In this document: one piece after another, positions 27,069-43,230 of the stretch | How positions within the stretch are numbered: position 1 is the stretch's first letter | How the letters are laid out: the number at the start of each line of letters is the position of its first letter | Assembly (NCBI GenBank): GCA_048013815.1 | Contig: CM106585.1 | Span: forward strand, 8,556,001 to 8,620,000 | Length of the DNA stretch: 64,000 bases | Source of the DNA: Setoptus koraiensis | Taxonomy: Eukaryota; Animalia; Arthropoda | Direction of reading: 5' to 3' | Made by a program: the position numbers and the translations under genes | Notes under the pieces: model-generated | The model's database searches: none | Told to the model about the DNA's origin: nothing | The model's input: the letters and a program-made list of their open reading frames with translations, nothing else

Positions 27069-27377
27069 ATGCGTTTATATGGGTTTAAATTATTATTTCT
27101 CATAATTCTCATAATTGTTTTGTCATTTCAATTAATCGGTCAATCAGAGGCTCGATCCATGGTCATATGTTTTTGTTTCAACATTCTTTTTGTTCGATTA
27201 GTTTGTTTGTTTTGTTGTTGTTGTTGTCCAATTGCACAGTTTCTCTTTCGGTGTCTCTCCCTCTCTCTCTCCTCCTATCATTATGATATATTTTGTTTGC
27301 CGTCTTGTGAGCGACCTATATTATCGATACCTCCAAGGGTAGCTACGGTATTATTGTTGTTCCAGGAGAAAAGATGA
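27069..27377 (+). CDS. Possible small secreted protein (first exon only credible)
   Basis: ATG plus signal-like MRLYGFKLLFLIILIIVLSFQLIGQSEA; the remainder reads like intron or low-complexity sequence and no downstream exon was resolved. Confidence 0.3.
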   Translation: MRLYGFKLLFLIILIIVLSFQLIGQSEARSMVICFCFNILFVRLVCLFCCCCCPIAQFLFRCLSLSLSSYHYDIFCLPSCERPILSIPPRVATVLLLFQEKR

Positions 27378-28033
27378 TAATATCCATCTCTACCGTGTTG
27401 TTTTCCACTCCGGCAAGATAACAGTAATATCTAGGTATAGGATGGTCGCTCTATCAACACTGTTTATGCTGATGAGTGAATATAAAGTATACACAGTTCG
27501 ATATTCATGAATAGACGCGATCTAAAAGGAAAAACAAAACAAAAACAAAAAAAAGAAAAGAAAAATGTCTTCTCCAAGGCTCGATTTCAAAGTCTCTGCC
27601 ATCGACCGCAAGGCCGATATTTTTTTCAACCGTCCACAGTTGATCCAGTCAACAGTGAGCTGTTGCGTGCAAATTTAGCGGCTTTGGTGAAATATAAAAC
27701 GCCGCCCAGCGGACAAACGCCGGCCTTTAAATGAAAACTCTTTTGAACCAGCACAATCGAACGCACACCAATTGCCGACTCACAAGGCCGAAAGCCCACG
27801 CATCAATGTAGCAGCAGTGGCAACAACAACAAGGATATTTATATATTTTACAACTTCAGAAAACAAAATAACCAATGGCAACCAATTATAATAAAAACAA
27901 CAATAAGGAACTAATGCCCGTGATATTATCAATTGTCCAGTTACATTCCTAAGGACCAATATTTCCTATTTAAAATTTCCGCAACAACATTGGTTTTAGC
28001 GTGACAACCGAGAATACTCCACATAAAATAAAA

Positions 28034-28651
28034 ATGGAAATAACGACACCGACAGCTATTCCAGCCAGCTTCGACTCACCCCAGGAAGAGATTGAATATT
28101 TGAGGAGGCGCTTGAAGCAATGCCAAAACGAATTCGAGGAGTTCAGAGAATCTAGCAGTGATTTAGAGGCGGAATTGGAGGCCCAAATTCGACAGTTTGA
28201 CATTAAAAATCAAGAATCTACCAATCTCATCAGCAGACTTCAAGACGAAAACGACCAACTGAAATACAAATACGCAAAATACTACGCAGAAACACAGCAA
28301 CAACTTAATCAAAATCAAACCCAATTAAGCGAAGTCAATGCCCACAATGATAGACTTACAAATTACATTAGAGAACTTGAACAAAGCAACGACGATCTTG
28401 AGCGTGCTAAAAGGGCTCTTGCAGCCAGTTTAGAGGATTTCGAAGGACAATTAAACCAACAGCTGGAACGAAACGTCCTATTGGAGAATGAAGTTAGTGA
28501 GAAAGAAGAACTGGAAGCTATTATACAAAGACTCAAGGAAGACGCTCGTGACCTCAGGCTAGAGCTGGTGGTCAAGCAAAAGTCTCTAGTCAATGATTTG
28601 ATGAGAAAGGTCGGGGCTCTAGAATCGAAACTCGAAACAATACAATACTAA
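28034..28651 (+). CDS. nudE: NudE/NDEL1-family dynein regulator, 205 aa, intronless
   Basis: EFEEFRESSSDLEAELEAQI, YIRELEQSNDDLERAKRA, LEDFEGQLNQQLERNVLLENE, QRLKEDARDLRLEL and DLMRKVGALESKL match NudE coiled-coil and C-terminal helix signatures. ATG at 28034 (track start 28001 is GTG). Confidence 0.93.
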   Translation: MEITTPTAIPASFDSPQEEIEYLRRRLKQCQNEFEEFRESSSDLEAELEAQIRQFDIKNQESTNLISRLQDENDQLKYKYAKYYAETQQQLNQNQTQLSEVNAHNDRLTNYIRELEQSNDDLERAKRALAASLEDFEGQLNQQLERNVLLENEVSEKEELEAIIQRLKEDARDLRLELVVKQKSLVNDLMRKVGALESKLETIQY

Positions 28652-28661
28652 AAAATATATA

Positions 28662-28671
28662 TTTATTTATT
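28662..28671 (-). promoter_or_regulatory. Overlapping AATAAA signals for Su(H)
   Basis: Plus-strand TTTATTTATT about 20 nt after the Su(H) stop, in the 40-bp gap to the NudE stop. Confidence 0.55.
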
Positions 28672-28691
28672 GAATCTATATTTAACAAGAA

Positions 28692-28758
28692 TCATCTTGA
28701 TCCACCCTGCACAATACTTTTGATCACTGGGTCATGAGGTCTGGGCCCTGGCTCCGGC
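28692..28758 (-). CDS. Su(H): Su(H) terminal exon
   Basis: A 120-nt intron (28878-28759, ends TTTTAG) in phase 2 restores the conserved FTYTPEPGPRP, then HDPVIKSIVQGGSR*. Confidence 0.92.
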
Positions 28759-28832
28759 CTAAAATTGATTGTAGAAGAGAGCGTGTAGAAATGAGAAAAA
28801 GAGAGGAGTTGGTCAATTGTCGATTTGCATCA

Positions 28833-31349
<2,517 letters not shown>

Positions 31350-34286
31350 TTAACAGTGATGTTGGTTGGCATCAGTGGTTTGTGGTTGTGTCAATGGTGA
31401 GTGTTGTTGTAACAATCATGACATAAATGGATATCATCATGGAATAATAACAATAATGTAAATGAGCGACAATAATAGCGATAATAATAATAGTAGTAAT
31501 GATGAAGATGATGCAATGCGGGGGCAATTGCGCAATGGAAATCCAATAGTGTAATAGATAATAATAATAATAATAATAGATTGGATAGGATGCAATTGAA
31601 ATAATAATAATAATTTTGCTTATTAGTAATCGTGAATGAATAATAAATAATAGCAATGATTGATATGTATTTTGGCCTAATAATAGTGACAAGATTCTAA
31701 ATTGAACGGTGTCCCAACTGACGTAATCAATTGTTTCTACGTGCGCTGCATAAATTGTTATACAATATAATATATTAGATTAAATTAATAATGGAGCGAC
31801 TATATTCATAAACATCAACAACAATATGCGTTTTGGCATTGTTATCGCCATTGGTCGTTTTCTCTTTCTCGTCTTCGCCCGTCTGCGGTGATGATAATGA
31901 TGATGGAAATCACTACTGCACTGCTGCCGCTGCTGCTGCATCTATAGCCGCCGCACTGTGATGGCCACACATTCACGTTGTTCGCTCGTTGTGTTGTGCG
32001 TGCACATGCATGCGCGTCTGCCACACGATCGTCGATCGAAGCTGTTGCTCATTCTGCGCCACACATTCTCCCCTCTGCCGCCGCCGCCGCCGCCGCTGAT
32101 TCTATTGGCAGTTCGAAATTCGAATTGCAAACTTCGAACTTCCAACTTGCAAGTTAATGATTAACGCACACACACACACTCACGCACAGAGGGGGCGAAA
32201 TTTCGCCATTGTCAATGGTGAGGTTTATGCTGTTGCTTCTAGCGGCCACGGGGCGCGCACGAGAGACAAAGGGGAAGAGAAGAGGCCGCTGTTGCAACGC
32301 CAACATCTGTGTGTGTGTGCGTGCGTGTGCGTGTAACAACCGAATTATCTCGTAACGGCTGCAAACTCACTCACAATCATCTAATCTGATATTACTCTAT
32401 CGCCCGCGCCAGTACTAATCCTGTTAATGGGTCGCAGTTCTACCCCCACAGTTTGCGCCGAACTTTGACCACTATGCACCACTTACGCTGCACGTATTCA
32501 TCAATGATCGCCACAGTAGTTGACCATCGCAGCAATCGTCGCAGCAACGTGCGCTTCCGTCGCAAGCTCAAAATGCAAACAATTCTAAATGTTCCATCTA
32601 CGTTATTCGCAATTTTATAGCAAATTGCTCCAGACCAAATTGCCTTGTTCGAATTCTCCCATCAATAATCAATTTAACCTGTCCAATTCACCCTAAGCCT
32701 GGCAATATGAGTCCAGCTCCAGTTGACCACCGCGGGCACACGACAACCGGTGTTGTTGAGTCTGCACATCTATACAAAATAGCAAGTTGACGCAACACTA
32801 GAGCAGTACTATTTTCGTCTGGTCCACTACTTTCGATGCGCATCTTCTCCTTCTACACACGGACACATCTAATTCCTTGTTGCAGACAAAACTCAATAGG
32901 GCCCCACTGTTTCAACTGGCATGTGACAGTGTAGCAGTATAGCACCGTATAGTGACAAGCACGGGGCAATACTTGGTCTCGTTTTTGTGTTCGATGCAAC
33001 TTGTGTAATGTGTTACATTAGTTCGCCATCAATAAAGCATCCAACAGAATAGTGATGGCCACTGACAGGTTTACAGGAGAGAACCATTGTCGCATTAGCT
33101 ACATATTACATTGTATGGAGGCCACTCCATTCTAGCACTTCCCTACATAGTAATTTGCTTTGTTGTACGAGAAAACGTGTCAACTATGATCATTGACAAG
33201 ACATGACAAATCAATTAGGCCCATCGGGGTTGTGCCATTAATAAATAGCGTGGCCTCAATAAAATGCCACCATAGGACATGGACGTGCGAACGGGAACAC
33301 CTGTGAATTACAACGCGTCTTTCATCGGTTGAACGGGCCACAAATGTAATCACCATTGTCAGCTAATTGACACAATTGACACAAGGATACACTACAATAG
33401 TCGAGGCACCTTTCACCATCTACACTCCATTGCTTCTGCATTATCAATATACATTATTTATATCACGATAAACACTGGGCCAGAGATTTAACAATGATCG
33501 GCGACGATCACCTGAGAATAGGCGCCAAAAAAAGGAATCAACTAATTAGAAGATAATTGTTGTGTTGATACGGACCGTAAAAGTACTACGTCTTGTACTG
33601 TTCGATTCGTAAGTTCGCATACGTCGGATAAAATTTGCGTAATAAACGCATTTGTTGGTGTGTGCGTTCAAAAAAGTGCGTCTGTGTGCGCGAGCTGTGT
33701 TCGCGCACAGCGTATAATTAAAGTTTAAGGTCGATCGGTTGTGTGCAAAGCACAGTAAAACGAGCTCACATGATTGTGTGCAACCTGTATATCACATTCA
33801 CAAACACGCTTTGATGATTTTCTTGTTTCTTTTTATTTTATTCGCCCAGTCTCGAATCGTTGTTTATCATAAGATTTACTGACAATTACGACAGTATCAG
33901 ATTGTTGCGTCTAATATACAGACCAACAGCCAGTGTTATTATTATCACTGTATTGTATGAACGAGCCACGCTATTCCATCTTGTAGGAAATCGACAAAAT
34001 AAAGGCGTCACGATCAACTCATAAACCAACAATATCGGCAACCATTCATATTCAAACATTATTATTATTATTATTACTATTATTATATCCACTGTTTATT
34101 TCTCAATGAATTATATTCCATGGTCGTCTCACCTCAACGTAGGATCTAAATCTTTCCAACAACAATAGTCATTAACACATTTATATATATTTATATATAA
34201 GCACAACCTCATACATTACGTGCACATATATTGTTTATTTTTGTTCTCTCCTATTAGAGCTGTCTCTTTTTCTTCAACAATCACCA

Positions 34287-35963
34287 ATGGACAAAATGGA
34301 TGACGAAGAAGACTATGACGATGACGATGATTTCGGTGATGATGAATATTATGATATGAACAATCATTATGAGGAACAGGATAATCTCAGATCTAATATA
34401 GATGGCGAATCACAATTGATTGATCCTGAATTCTTTGATTATCAATGCCTCACCGAAGAAGATATTGTCAAGCAAGATTTTCTAAATTTAAATGGTATCA
34501 ACAGCTATCAGTCTTTATCGGACAAGCTACAAGAGACAGGCAAAGTATTAACTGTAACATGTAGTAACAATACCATTAAGAATAATATTGACAACAATAT
34601 CAACAACAACAACAACAATAATGATATTAATTCAATCAGTAATAATGATACCAATGATGCAATAAGAAAAACTAGCACTATCACATTTAAAATCATTCCT
34701 AAAGAAACTAGCCAACAGTTTCCTCACTGTGATATTTGTATGGATGATAATAATAAATTACTAAATGATACCGCTGGCACTATTAACAACAACAACAATG
34801 AAATAACAACCTACCCTAATTCAATACATCATCATCAGCCGGAAAAAAACAATTGCAACATGGTGGCCTTAAGTTGTAATCATGCCTATTGCCAACGATG
34901 CTGGGTTAATTATGTTAAAACACAAATACAACAGGGTATGTCGCCAAACATTGAATGTATGTCTCTTGATTGTCATTTGCGTATACCTGATCAATTGATA
35001 TTCAGTCTGTTATCTAGTCTGGAGGATGGCCAAATTAGAGAGAGGTTTATAAAATTGACAATTACAGAATGTGTTCAATCGCATCCAAAATTGAAATATT
35101 GTCCAGGCAGGGATTGCTCAATGATAATTTATGCACTTCAAAGTAGTGATAACGTTAAAGATTTAGCACTTGACAAATCTACCTCAGAAACATCAACAAA
35201 TATTAGCAGAAAGGTAATATGTAGTTCATGTCAAACTATGTTCTGCTTTAATTGTGGCCTCTCCTATCACGCTCCAACTGATTGTTCAACTATAAAGAAG
35301 TGGCTTACAAAATGCGAAGACGATTCAGAAACTTCCAACTATATTAGTGTCCACACAAAAGCTTGCCCAAAATGTAAAATAGCCATAGAGAAAAATGGAG
35401 GCTGCAATCACATGCAATGTTTCTCATGTAAATTCGATTTCTGTTGGATATGTCTGGGTGATTGGGAATCTCATGGAAGTGAATACTATGAGTGTTCACG
35501 TTACCAAGGTAGCGCAGAAGCGACAGAGGGCTCTGCTAAAGATGGTTGGTCTAAAGCTTATGAGTTGCTTAAAAAGTATCTTTTCTATTACGAGAGATGG
35601 GACAATCATGCGAGAAGTTTAAAGTTGGAACAACAGACACTCAACATAATAAAACAGCGAATTCAGGATAATGTCATGGCCAGTAAAGGAACTTGGATTG
35701 ATTGGCAGTATCTTTTAGACGCAGCTCAACTTTTGTCCAAATGTCGTTACACGCTACAGTATACTTATCCCTATGCCTATTATCTAGAATCGGGGCCTAG
35801 GAAACAGTTATTCGAGTATCAACAAGCGCAACTCGAAGCTGAAATAGAAAATTTATCCTGGGAGGTGGAACGAGCTGAAAATACAAACCGCGGCCATATA
35901 GAGAATCAGATGTCAATAGCGGAGAAATGGAGAACAACCCTTCTAAATGATTTTTATAAATAA
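34287..35963 (+). CDS. ARIH2: RBR E3 ubiquitin ligase Ariadne-2 (ARIH2/TRIAD1), 558 aa ORF
   Basis: Acidic N-terminus, RING1 (CDIC...CNHAYCQRC), IBR (CPGRDC...CSSC...FCFNC...HAPTDC), RING2 [19 protein letters not shown]...[16 protein letters not shown] (ARIH2-type), Ariadne domain WIDWQYL...[12 protein letters not shown]. Confidence 0.95.
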   Translation: MDKMDDEEDYDDDDDFGDDEYYDMNNHYEEQDNLRSNIDGESQLIDPEFFDYQCLTEEDIVKQDFLNLNGINSYQSLSDKLQETGKVLTVTCSNNTIKNNIDNNINNNNNNNDINSISNNDTNDAIRKTSTITFKIIPKETSQQFPHCDICMDDNNKLLNDTAGTINNNNNEITTYPNSIHHHQPEKNNCNMVALSCNHAYCQRCWVNYVKTQIQQGMSPNIECMSLDCHLRIPDQLIFSLLSSLEDGQIRERFIKLTITECVQSHPKLKYCPGRDCSMIIYALQSSDNVKDLALDKSTSETSTNISRKVICSSCQTMFCFNCGLSYHAPTDCSTIKKWLTKCEDDSETSNYISVHTKACPKCKIAIEKNGGCNHMQCFSCKFDFCWICLGDWESHGSEYYECSRYQGSAEATEGSAKDGWSKAYELLKKYLFYYERWDNHARSLKLEQQTLNIIKQRIQDNVMASKGTWIDWQYLLDAAQLLSKCRYTLQYTYPYAYYLESGPRKQLFEYQQAQLEAEIENLSWEVERAENTNRGHIENQMSIAEKWRTTLLNDFYK

Positions 35964-38397
35964 GACTTGTCAGTACCAATATTTTTTCAAACTTGAACAA
36001 GTACCCCAATCGTTTGTCATAAGCCTTCGGTCAACGATACTCATTAGTTGATTTTGAATCTTTCGAGCTTCCAAAGTCTAACAAAGAAACACACAGATTT
36101 ACACATATTCAAATTTTAACTCTAGATAGTTGTTACAGGAACAAAATTTTATAAAGAATAGAAATCTTAAAACAATGATCAAGGCGATAGAGCATAACTT
36201 GCAACATTATCATTATCATATGTCTTACCTGTCCACTAGCCATTGTGTCTACCTGTTATTGTGATTAATGATTAGTGATGCTTCTAGATTTGTTTGCTTG
36301 GTGCTATGCTGAAAGTTGTAGTTGATGATGATGCAGTTGACCTGGACTAATTTAATTTCGTGTCTTATGTGAAGATCTGTCATTCATATTGCTTGTGTTT
36401 GACTTGAATGGTTTGGTTGTTATTGTTGCACTATCAATCATCTGCAGTATCGTTGTTTTAATTGATTGTTCACTTGATGATTCGCTGCATCATGTATCCC
36501 ATGAATAAGTGTTTGAAAGATTGCTATATTTATAAATATCAATATATTGGTGGCAAGTATTGCCTATGTTTCACATCAAAATTTGGATACATAGATGATA
36601 GGCCAATTGGAGTGTAGAAATTAATTAACTAGAACTATTCGAACTAATAGGATTGACTATTCTCTCGCTGAGCATCGATCAGCGAAAAGAATTATGAAAA
36701 TACTAAGTAGAAAAACCACTATAGACTGTTGGGCTGGAAGTTTTTCAAATTGTTGCTGCCATGTTTAGAGCCAGTGGTAAGAAGAGTAGACATCAACGGC
36801 GAACATTCAGTGAGTTAGCAATAACATTATTTGTGCCAATCATGTCTAATGTAGCATTGCAGCAATGGTCAAACACTGAGAGATAGAGTGGATATATAGA
36901 GAGAGAGAGAGAGAGGGAGATAGAAGAAACGAGTCGATGTATTAGCGTCGCAGAAGCTTCTTGAGTTACATAGGCAAGGGTGGGGGAGGAGCTGCAGATA
37001 AGGCGACTAGATAAGGCAGCCAGGTAGACAAGAGCAGAGTGGAGGTAATGAAAGCGCAACAATCGGATGACCAATTACAATCAACAGGTGAAGTAAGTAC
37101 GACGAGTAATTACGCTCCTCCCCTCGCAAGCGTGCATCAACTAGTGCAAAAGATAGTAGAAGTTGTTGTTGACGCCAACAACAGCAGCAACTATTATTCT
37201 ATGCTATAGGTCATTACTACAACCTGTTCTTGGATGAGTGCTGAGATTGTATATAGGACAAGACAAATTATGTAACATCAGCGCTATGGCGTTTGTGTGT
37301 TGCTTCTTTTCATTCGAGATAGCCATCGTTGCAGATCGTCGCGCGAACCCGAAACGGTCAACGAGATTGTGTGTGTGTGTGTGTGTGTGTATACGAGAGT
37401 TCATTTCGTTATTTTATATCTGTTATTGCATTCTGTTAATAAGAGTTCATATCTGCTGTTGTTCATTGTTGTTGTTTATTATACCAAACGCAACATGAAC
37501 ACATTGTGTACAAATTGTCGGACCAAGACGACGATAATAACGATAAATGAGATAGCGACCAAAAGAGGCAGACATAAAGGGATATAAAGGGACATAAGGG
37601 GACATAAAGCGATATAGAGCGATATAAAGCGACATGAAGCGATATAAAGGAGTCATTATGAATTGAATTGGACACATCTCATAATGAGTTGGCTTGGCTA
37701 TTGAGTTTTTACAACTTCGACTTTAGATTTAGCTGCAGCTCGAAGGCCCAATTGCTATTGCAATTCAATGTTCACATGTGCATGCTGTAGTATAAGTTAC
37801 GTAACCGGTGTATAACAGTAACGGCAGTGTATTCAGGCATCATCATGATTCATGATAGCATACAGTATGTATGTGAACTGTGATGAATGAATCAAATCAT
37901 CATCGTCCCAACGATAAGTAATTATCTAGTCCACTGACTATTTATGAATGGCACAATCATCAGTTTTAGCTCCTATGAGCAATCATTTATGCCCGTATTG
38001 CGTAATCGTGTGAAAATGTTTCCTTTCATACGAGCATGCAATCTAATAAAAATCTAATAAAATTGTATATATAATAACATACATACATACCGTATTACAT
38101 GTTACATAATATCGGCATGCATAATATGTGTGTGTGTGTGTGTGTGCCGATAGCATTATGATGACCACAATCATCATTATGCTAATTTTCTGTCGATTAT
38201 CAGCCATGTCACATGCAAATAAAAGTCAATTCTCGATGTGAGATGTATCATGATCAAGATATATTGTCATGATGAGCAAGGCGTTGACTGATTGCACTTG
38301 ACATTCCGCCATGTAAGAGAATGCGATGATTTGAAACGGATGATTTACCCACCGATAACGGTGGTCGCTGTTGCTACAATTACAGCAACTCGCTTGC

Positions 38398-38429
<32 letters not shown>

Positions 38430-39508
38430 ACAACAGCAATAACAATAGGTCCAATAATCTGGTATGGCTGACCTGTCATGTTTGCGAGATGATTCGCGAG
38501 GTGCAATTGTCAAAAAACTGATTAGTTTTATACTGATGATTTGTTTAAACTTTAAATCACAACAACAACGACAACAACCGGTTTGAATGGACACACACGC
38601 ATGCTCCATCTCTATAAGACAGCATCAACACAACAACACTAACAATTAACTGGATCATCGCTGACTGACCCGAATGGCCATTGTTGTCTCGATTGATGGT
38701 GCTCTAATTAGATTAACAGGCTCATCTCATGATTGCATCATCTATCATTAGTCAGCTGTAAGCCTGTTGCTATAGCTATGTTATCATCAATTGGCCTGAT
38801 ATGATGCTGATATAACTTGGAGTTGGGCCAGGCCAGTGGTGAGGGCAAACGATGCAAATTCATTCATTTGCGCTAATGATGATTATATGAACCTATAATG
38901 ATGGTGCAAACTGAACTACGACTGACAGTAGCAGTGGCATTTAATCGCTTCAATTGTGTTCAAGTAGCTCAATAATAAGCAGAGATTGTGATCAGAGTTG
39001 GTGTGGTTGTTGTCGTTGTGCCAATCCCAAGTTCATCTTGCCAACCACGCGCCTCTATGTTGTGCTGTTGCTGCTGTGTCATTTGTCCATACTAATCTCG
39101 GTCTAGATTAATGTCAGCTAGTGGTGACCATTGCGGCAAGTGATGAGCGGCAGCAGCAGCAACAACAACAACAACAACAGCAAGTTTATCTACGGAGGAA
39201 CAACGCACAAGTGCAATGGGCTAACTAGATGTTCAGTCATTGTAAAGTTGTATATAGGCACAACAGGTGTATTCAGGTATAAACTTTGCTAGTTATATTA
39301 GGGTTAGGTTATTGGGCAAGGCGATATACGCATGAAGGTGGTTTGGAATAAGAACAACAACGACAGGCCAGTGCATTGTTTGTTGTAATATAGCATATGG
39401 TGGCCATATGATTGTGACAGGTAGTCACACAAAGAGTGACAGATTAAATGACATGGCTCCTATTGCATGATTGTCATTATTTTTATTATTACTGTTCAAT
39501 ACTGTCGT

Positions 39509-39578
39509 CTCATACTGGCCAGCTCATACTGGCCAGCTCATGCTGGCCAGCTCATACGGGCCAGCTCATACAGGCCGG
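39509..39578. repeat. 14-bp tandem repeat x5 (CTCATACTGGCCAG)
   Basis: Five adjacent copies with 1-2 substitutions each. Confidence 0.9.
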
Positions 39579-42500
39579 CTCATCAGCAGCAGCGGGCCGG
39601 CTCATCATTATGAGCGGTCATTATTAGCTTGAGACAAAGCCTAGGAAGCTTAGGATTGCATTGTTGAGTTGGCGCCACGAAGACGACGATGACGATGCTC
39701 ATGATGACGATGAAACATCATCATGAGCATCGTCATGAGGCTGATGCTGATCACTGGCCAGCCATACAATATGCCGATGTGAGCTAGACCATACTAGATG
39801 TGAGCAACACCATGAGCGAGACCATAGGCACAACGTGGACAATTAGATTCGATCAGGTGAGATCAGGTGAGATCTGGCGCGGCACAGTGTTGGCTGGCGC
39901 ACTAATTCAGCTAATTCAGCTAAACACTAATCCAGTATTAAAGGTAAAGTCCAGTTGACTGGCCATTGCACAATCGCAATCACAAGTGGTCATCTCACCT
40001 GTTCAGTGTGTTTTAACTACGGTGAGCCAGCAGCATGAAGCGGGCACTTGCTAGCTCACCTGGCCGCTGCTGCACTATACAACTACGCTACTATACGACC
40101 ACCATATATGACTATGCGATATACGACCATACGATATACGACTATGCGATATAGGCTGCTGCGCCATCAATTACGGCAACATGCAATTTATAGCTAGCGC
40201 AATCTAGCTAAACAGTTGCATCGGCCGGCTCACTATCTACTAGATCGACTAGATATCTCGTATGTAGTGGATAGAGCGTAAATTGTCGGATGGAGATTAG
40301 TCAGAGCATAGATGGTGGGTATTTGTTGTTATTGTCGTGAGGGCATGGTCGGGGCACGACTCACAAGGCGGCAAGACTGACAGGGCGGCAAGACTGACAG
40401 GACGGCAAGAGGCACAACACAAGCCGTTGTGTTGGGCAACCGGCGTTGTTGCCGGGCCGGATTGCCCTTTGGCACCCCAACTAACAAAGCCAGCTAACCA
40501 AGCCAACACTAACAATGGCAATCAGGTGACAGTGAGCCAGTTTGAGGATATCTCTGGTATGTTTACCTGTCTGGTGTGCATGCCACATATGAACGCAAGC
40601 GCAGGGATTCTTTGGTCGTCGTCGTGGTCGTCGTCGTCAGCGTCACCGTCGAAACGATGCTAGATATAAATTAGCACTGACGCATATCATTGTCGACGAC
40701 CTACTAGCACCGGCCAGCAATGGCCCTACCTGTTGGCCGTTCAATGTTGCCTGCATCGCTCAACTTATTTAGCGTGGGAAAATTGTCACACACACTGCTG
40801 CTGCTGCTGCTGCTGCAAAAAGAACACCGACGACAACGACAACAACAAAATTTACTTTGGCGATTAAGTCATGTTGTTGTTGTTGTTGTTGCTGCTGCTG
40901 CTGTTGTCGCTGCTGCTCACGTCCTGTTAGTGGCCACTGCAATGCTGGTGCAGCCGGTCAGCTGTAGTGTTGATCATTGTCATTGTTGGCCGCTCGCTAT
41001 ATCATCATGGTGTGGCTGTGTATCATTGCTGCCACCATGCAACAACAGGTAAATGATAGTGCAGTAGCAAGTCAGCTGAGCGAGCAACTCTGAGTTATTC
41101 AGGTGAGCCGGTGCAGTTCGGTGAGCGAGCAACGTCAGGTGAATGGCAACAAGTGCTCGTAGCTGTGAGCCGGCGTGTAGTGGCGTTCGATTCAATTGTG
41201 GTCATTATCGCACAGCTACATTACACAATGGCCAGTCAATGGTTTGTCTGGCCAGTTTGTTGCGCAATGCAGTCGTTGTGTGCATCGGGATCACACCTCA
41301 CACAATGATTTGATATGATTTCATTTCGTTTCATTCGCCTTCGTGTCGCTCAATGGCCACTGGCCACCTACACTCTGGGCCTGTTGTGGCCGTTGTGTGT
41401 CGCTGTTGTGCGTCGCTGTTGTGCGTCGCTGTTGTGCGTCGATGTCGTCGTTGTCGTCGTTGTCGTCGTTGTCGTTGTTGTGCGTCGTTGTTGTGTGTGG
41501 CTCGGCCATTGTCCGGCCAGCAGCGATGTGATGCAATGTTGCGTCGTCTCATGGCTGCTTCAGTCTCATCGCATCTCATCACATCTCATCACTTGGCTCA
41601 TCAATGCAACGACAGCGACAACAACAGCAACAGCAACAACGACAACAACGACAGCAACGACAACCACAGGTCAGCCAGTGTTGATGCCCAACAGCGACGG
41701 ACCCAATTGTGCAGTTGGCCAGTTAACGTGCGTGACACACGCATACATCCGGCTTTTTTATTTTATACACACACACACACACTCATTTTGCGTATGTATA
41801 TAGACTGTGTGTCATCAGTGGCAACAATGGCTCTGTTTGGCTGCGTCTGTCCATCGACTTGTAACTCACAAGTTGCGTAAGTGATGATTGCTGCCTTGAT
41901 TAGGTTGCATTGATTGCGTCATGCTCTGTATGCGCAATCAAATGAATGCCGCTGCTGCTGTTGTTGTTGTTGTTGTTCATAAATATGATACAATGATGTA
42001 ATACTCTGATGATATGATGCAATACCAGAGACGATGATTTATTTTTGACATTTGATGGGCGGCATGACAGCGCTCGTTGAGCGTCTGTCAGTCGCCCATC
42101 AAATGTATCGGTATCAATGAGACTGGCATTTTGACAGACTTGACGCACCTATTTGATCAATCAGCATCAGCTGACGGGCCAACACACAAACTGTGCATGT
42201 AAACTCACTTTACAGCCAGTCAACTTCACTAATTTCCTCTGAATCTCTCTCTCTCTCTGAACAGTGTCACCACGACCGCTATACAATCGCGTACAATCAA
42301 CATTTAATAGTATTAGCAGTTAATTAATGCTAAATCAATTATGTCAGATCAGTTAATTAACGCGACCAATCAAATGATGATTCTCTTTTCAGGCGCGTCC
42401 GCTATTCACGCTATCACGCGCCCGCGTCACGTTATAGGTCAGCCGCACAGAATAGACTCGACTTGGCTAATTGATTTCGTTTTAATCGACTTAATCATGA

Positions 42501-43230
42501 TGTAGATGAGCATGTCAGCCAGTGGTGTCAGTCGATAAAATCAAGCACATACCAGTCAATACGAACAAGTTGCGCGGTGGTTGGTTTGGTCGCGACTCGC
42601 GATGCAACCATGTCACTGTAATGTCAATTAAATTGATTAACCGCATTTCTTTGAGGTAAATCTATTTATTAAGCGAGATAATTTGAATATTGAACATGCC
42701 GGCGATGCTGTGCAATCAAGCCTATGCAAATATCGACAAAAACTTGTCGATACGGAATAGTGTGGTACTCGTTGCGTCATGTTTGCTGTCATGAATGGAG
42801 TGAGATCAACAACATGTTATTTTTCAAGCTAACATGGTGCTGATTGCCGACAACAATCAGCATTGCAGCGTCGCTGCAAAATATCGCCGCTGATAGGCGA
42901 CAACTGCCGACAATCTAGAAAATATATTGCTAAATATAGAAAATATGATACGAGATACTATGCCAATGATATAAACGCACGATATAAATAACATCATGAG
43001 CGAGCCAAGTTATTTGTTGCCACGTCACAGCGCGTTGCGATCACCGATCATCGATGTTGAATGGTTATGTCAAAATGCTAAATTTTATCAATTGTCAATT
43101 TGACTGATCCAGCGTATTATCAGCAAAAGTCGTTTTCACCACTATCATTGAAAATAGTTGTCTCGTTTGAAGCCATTTAACAACCAATCAACTGTGAACA
43201 ATTAATCGCCTGTCTGAAAAGAAAGAAATA

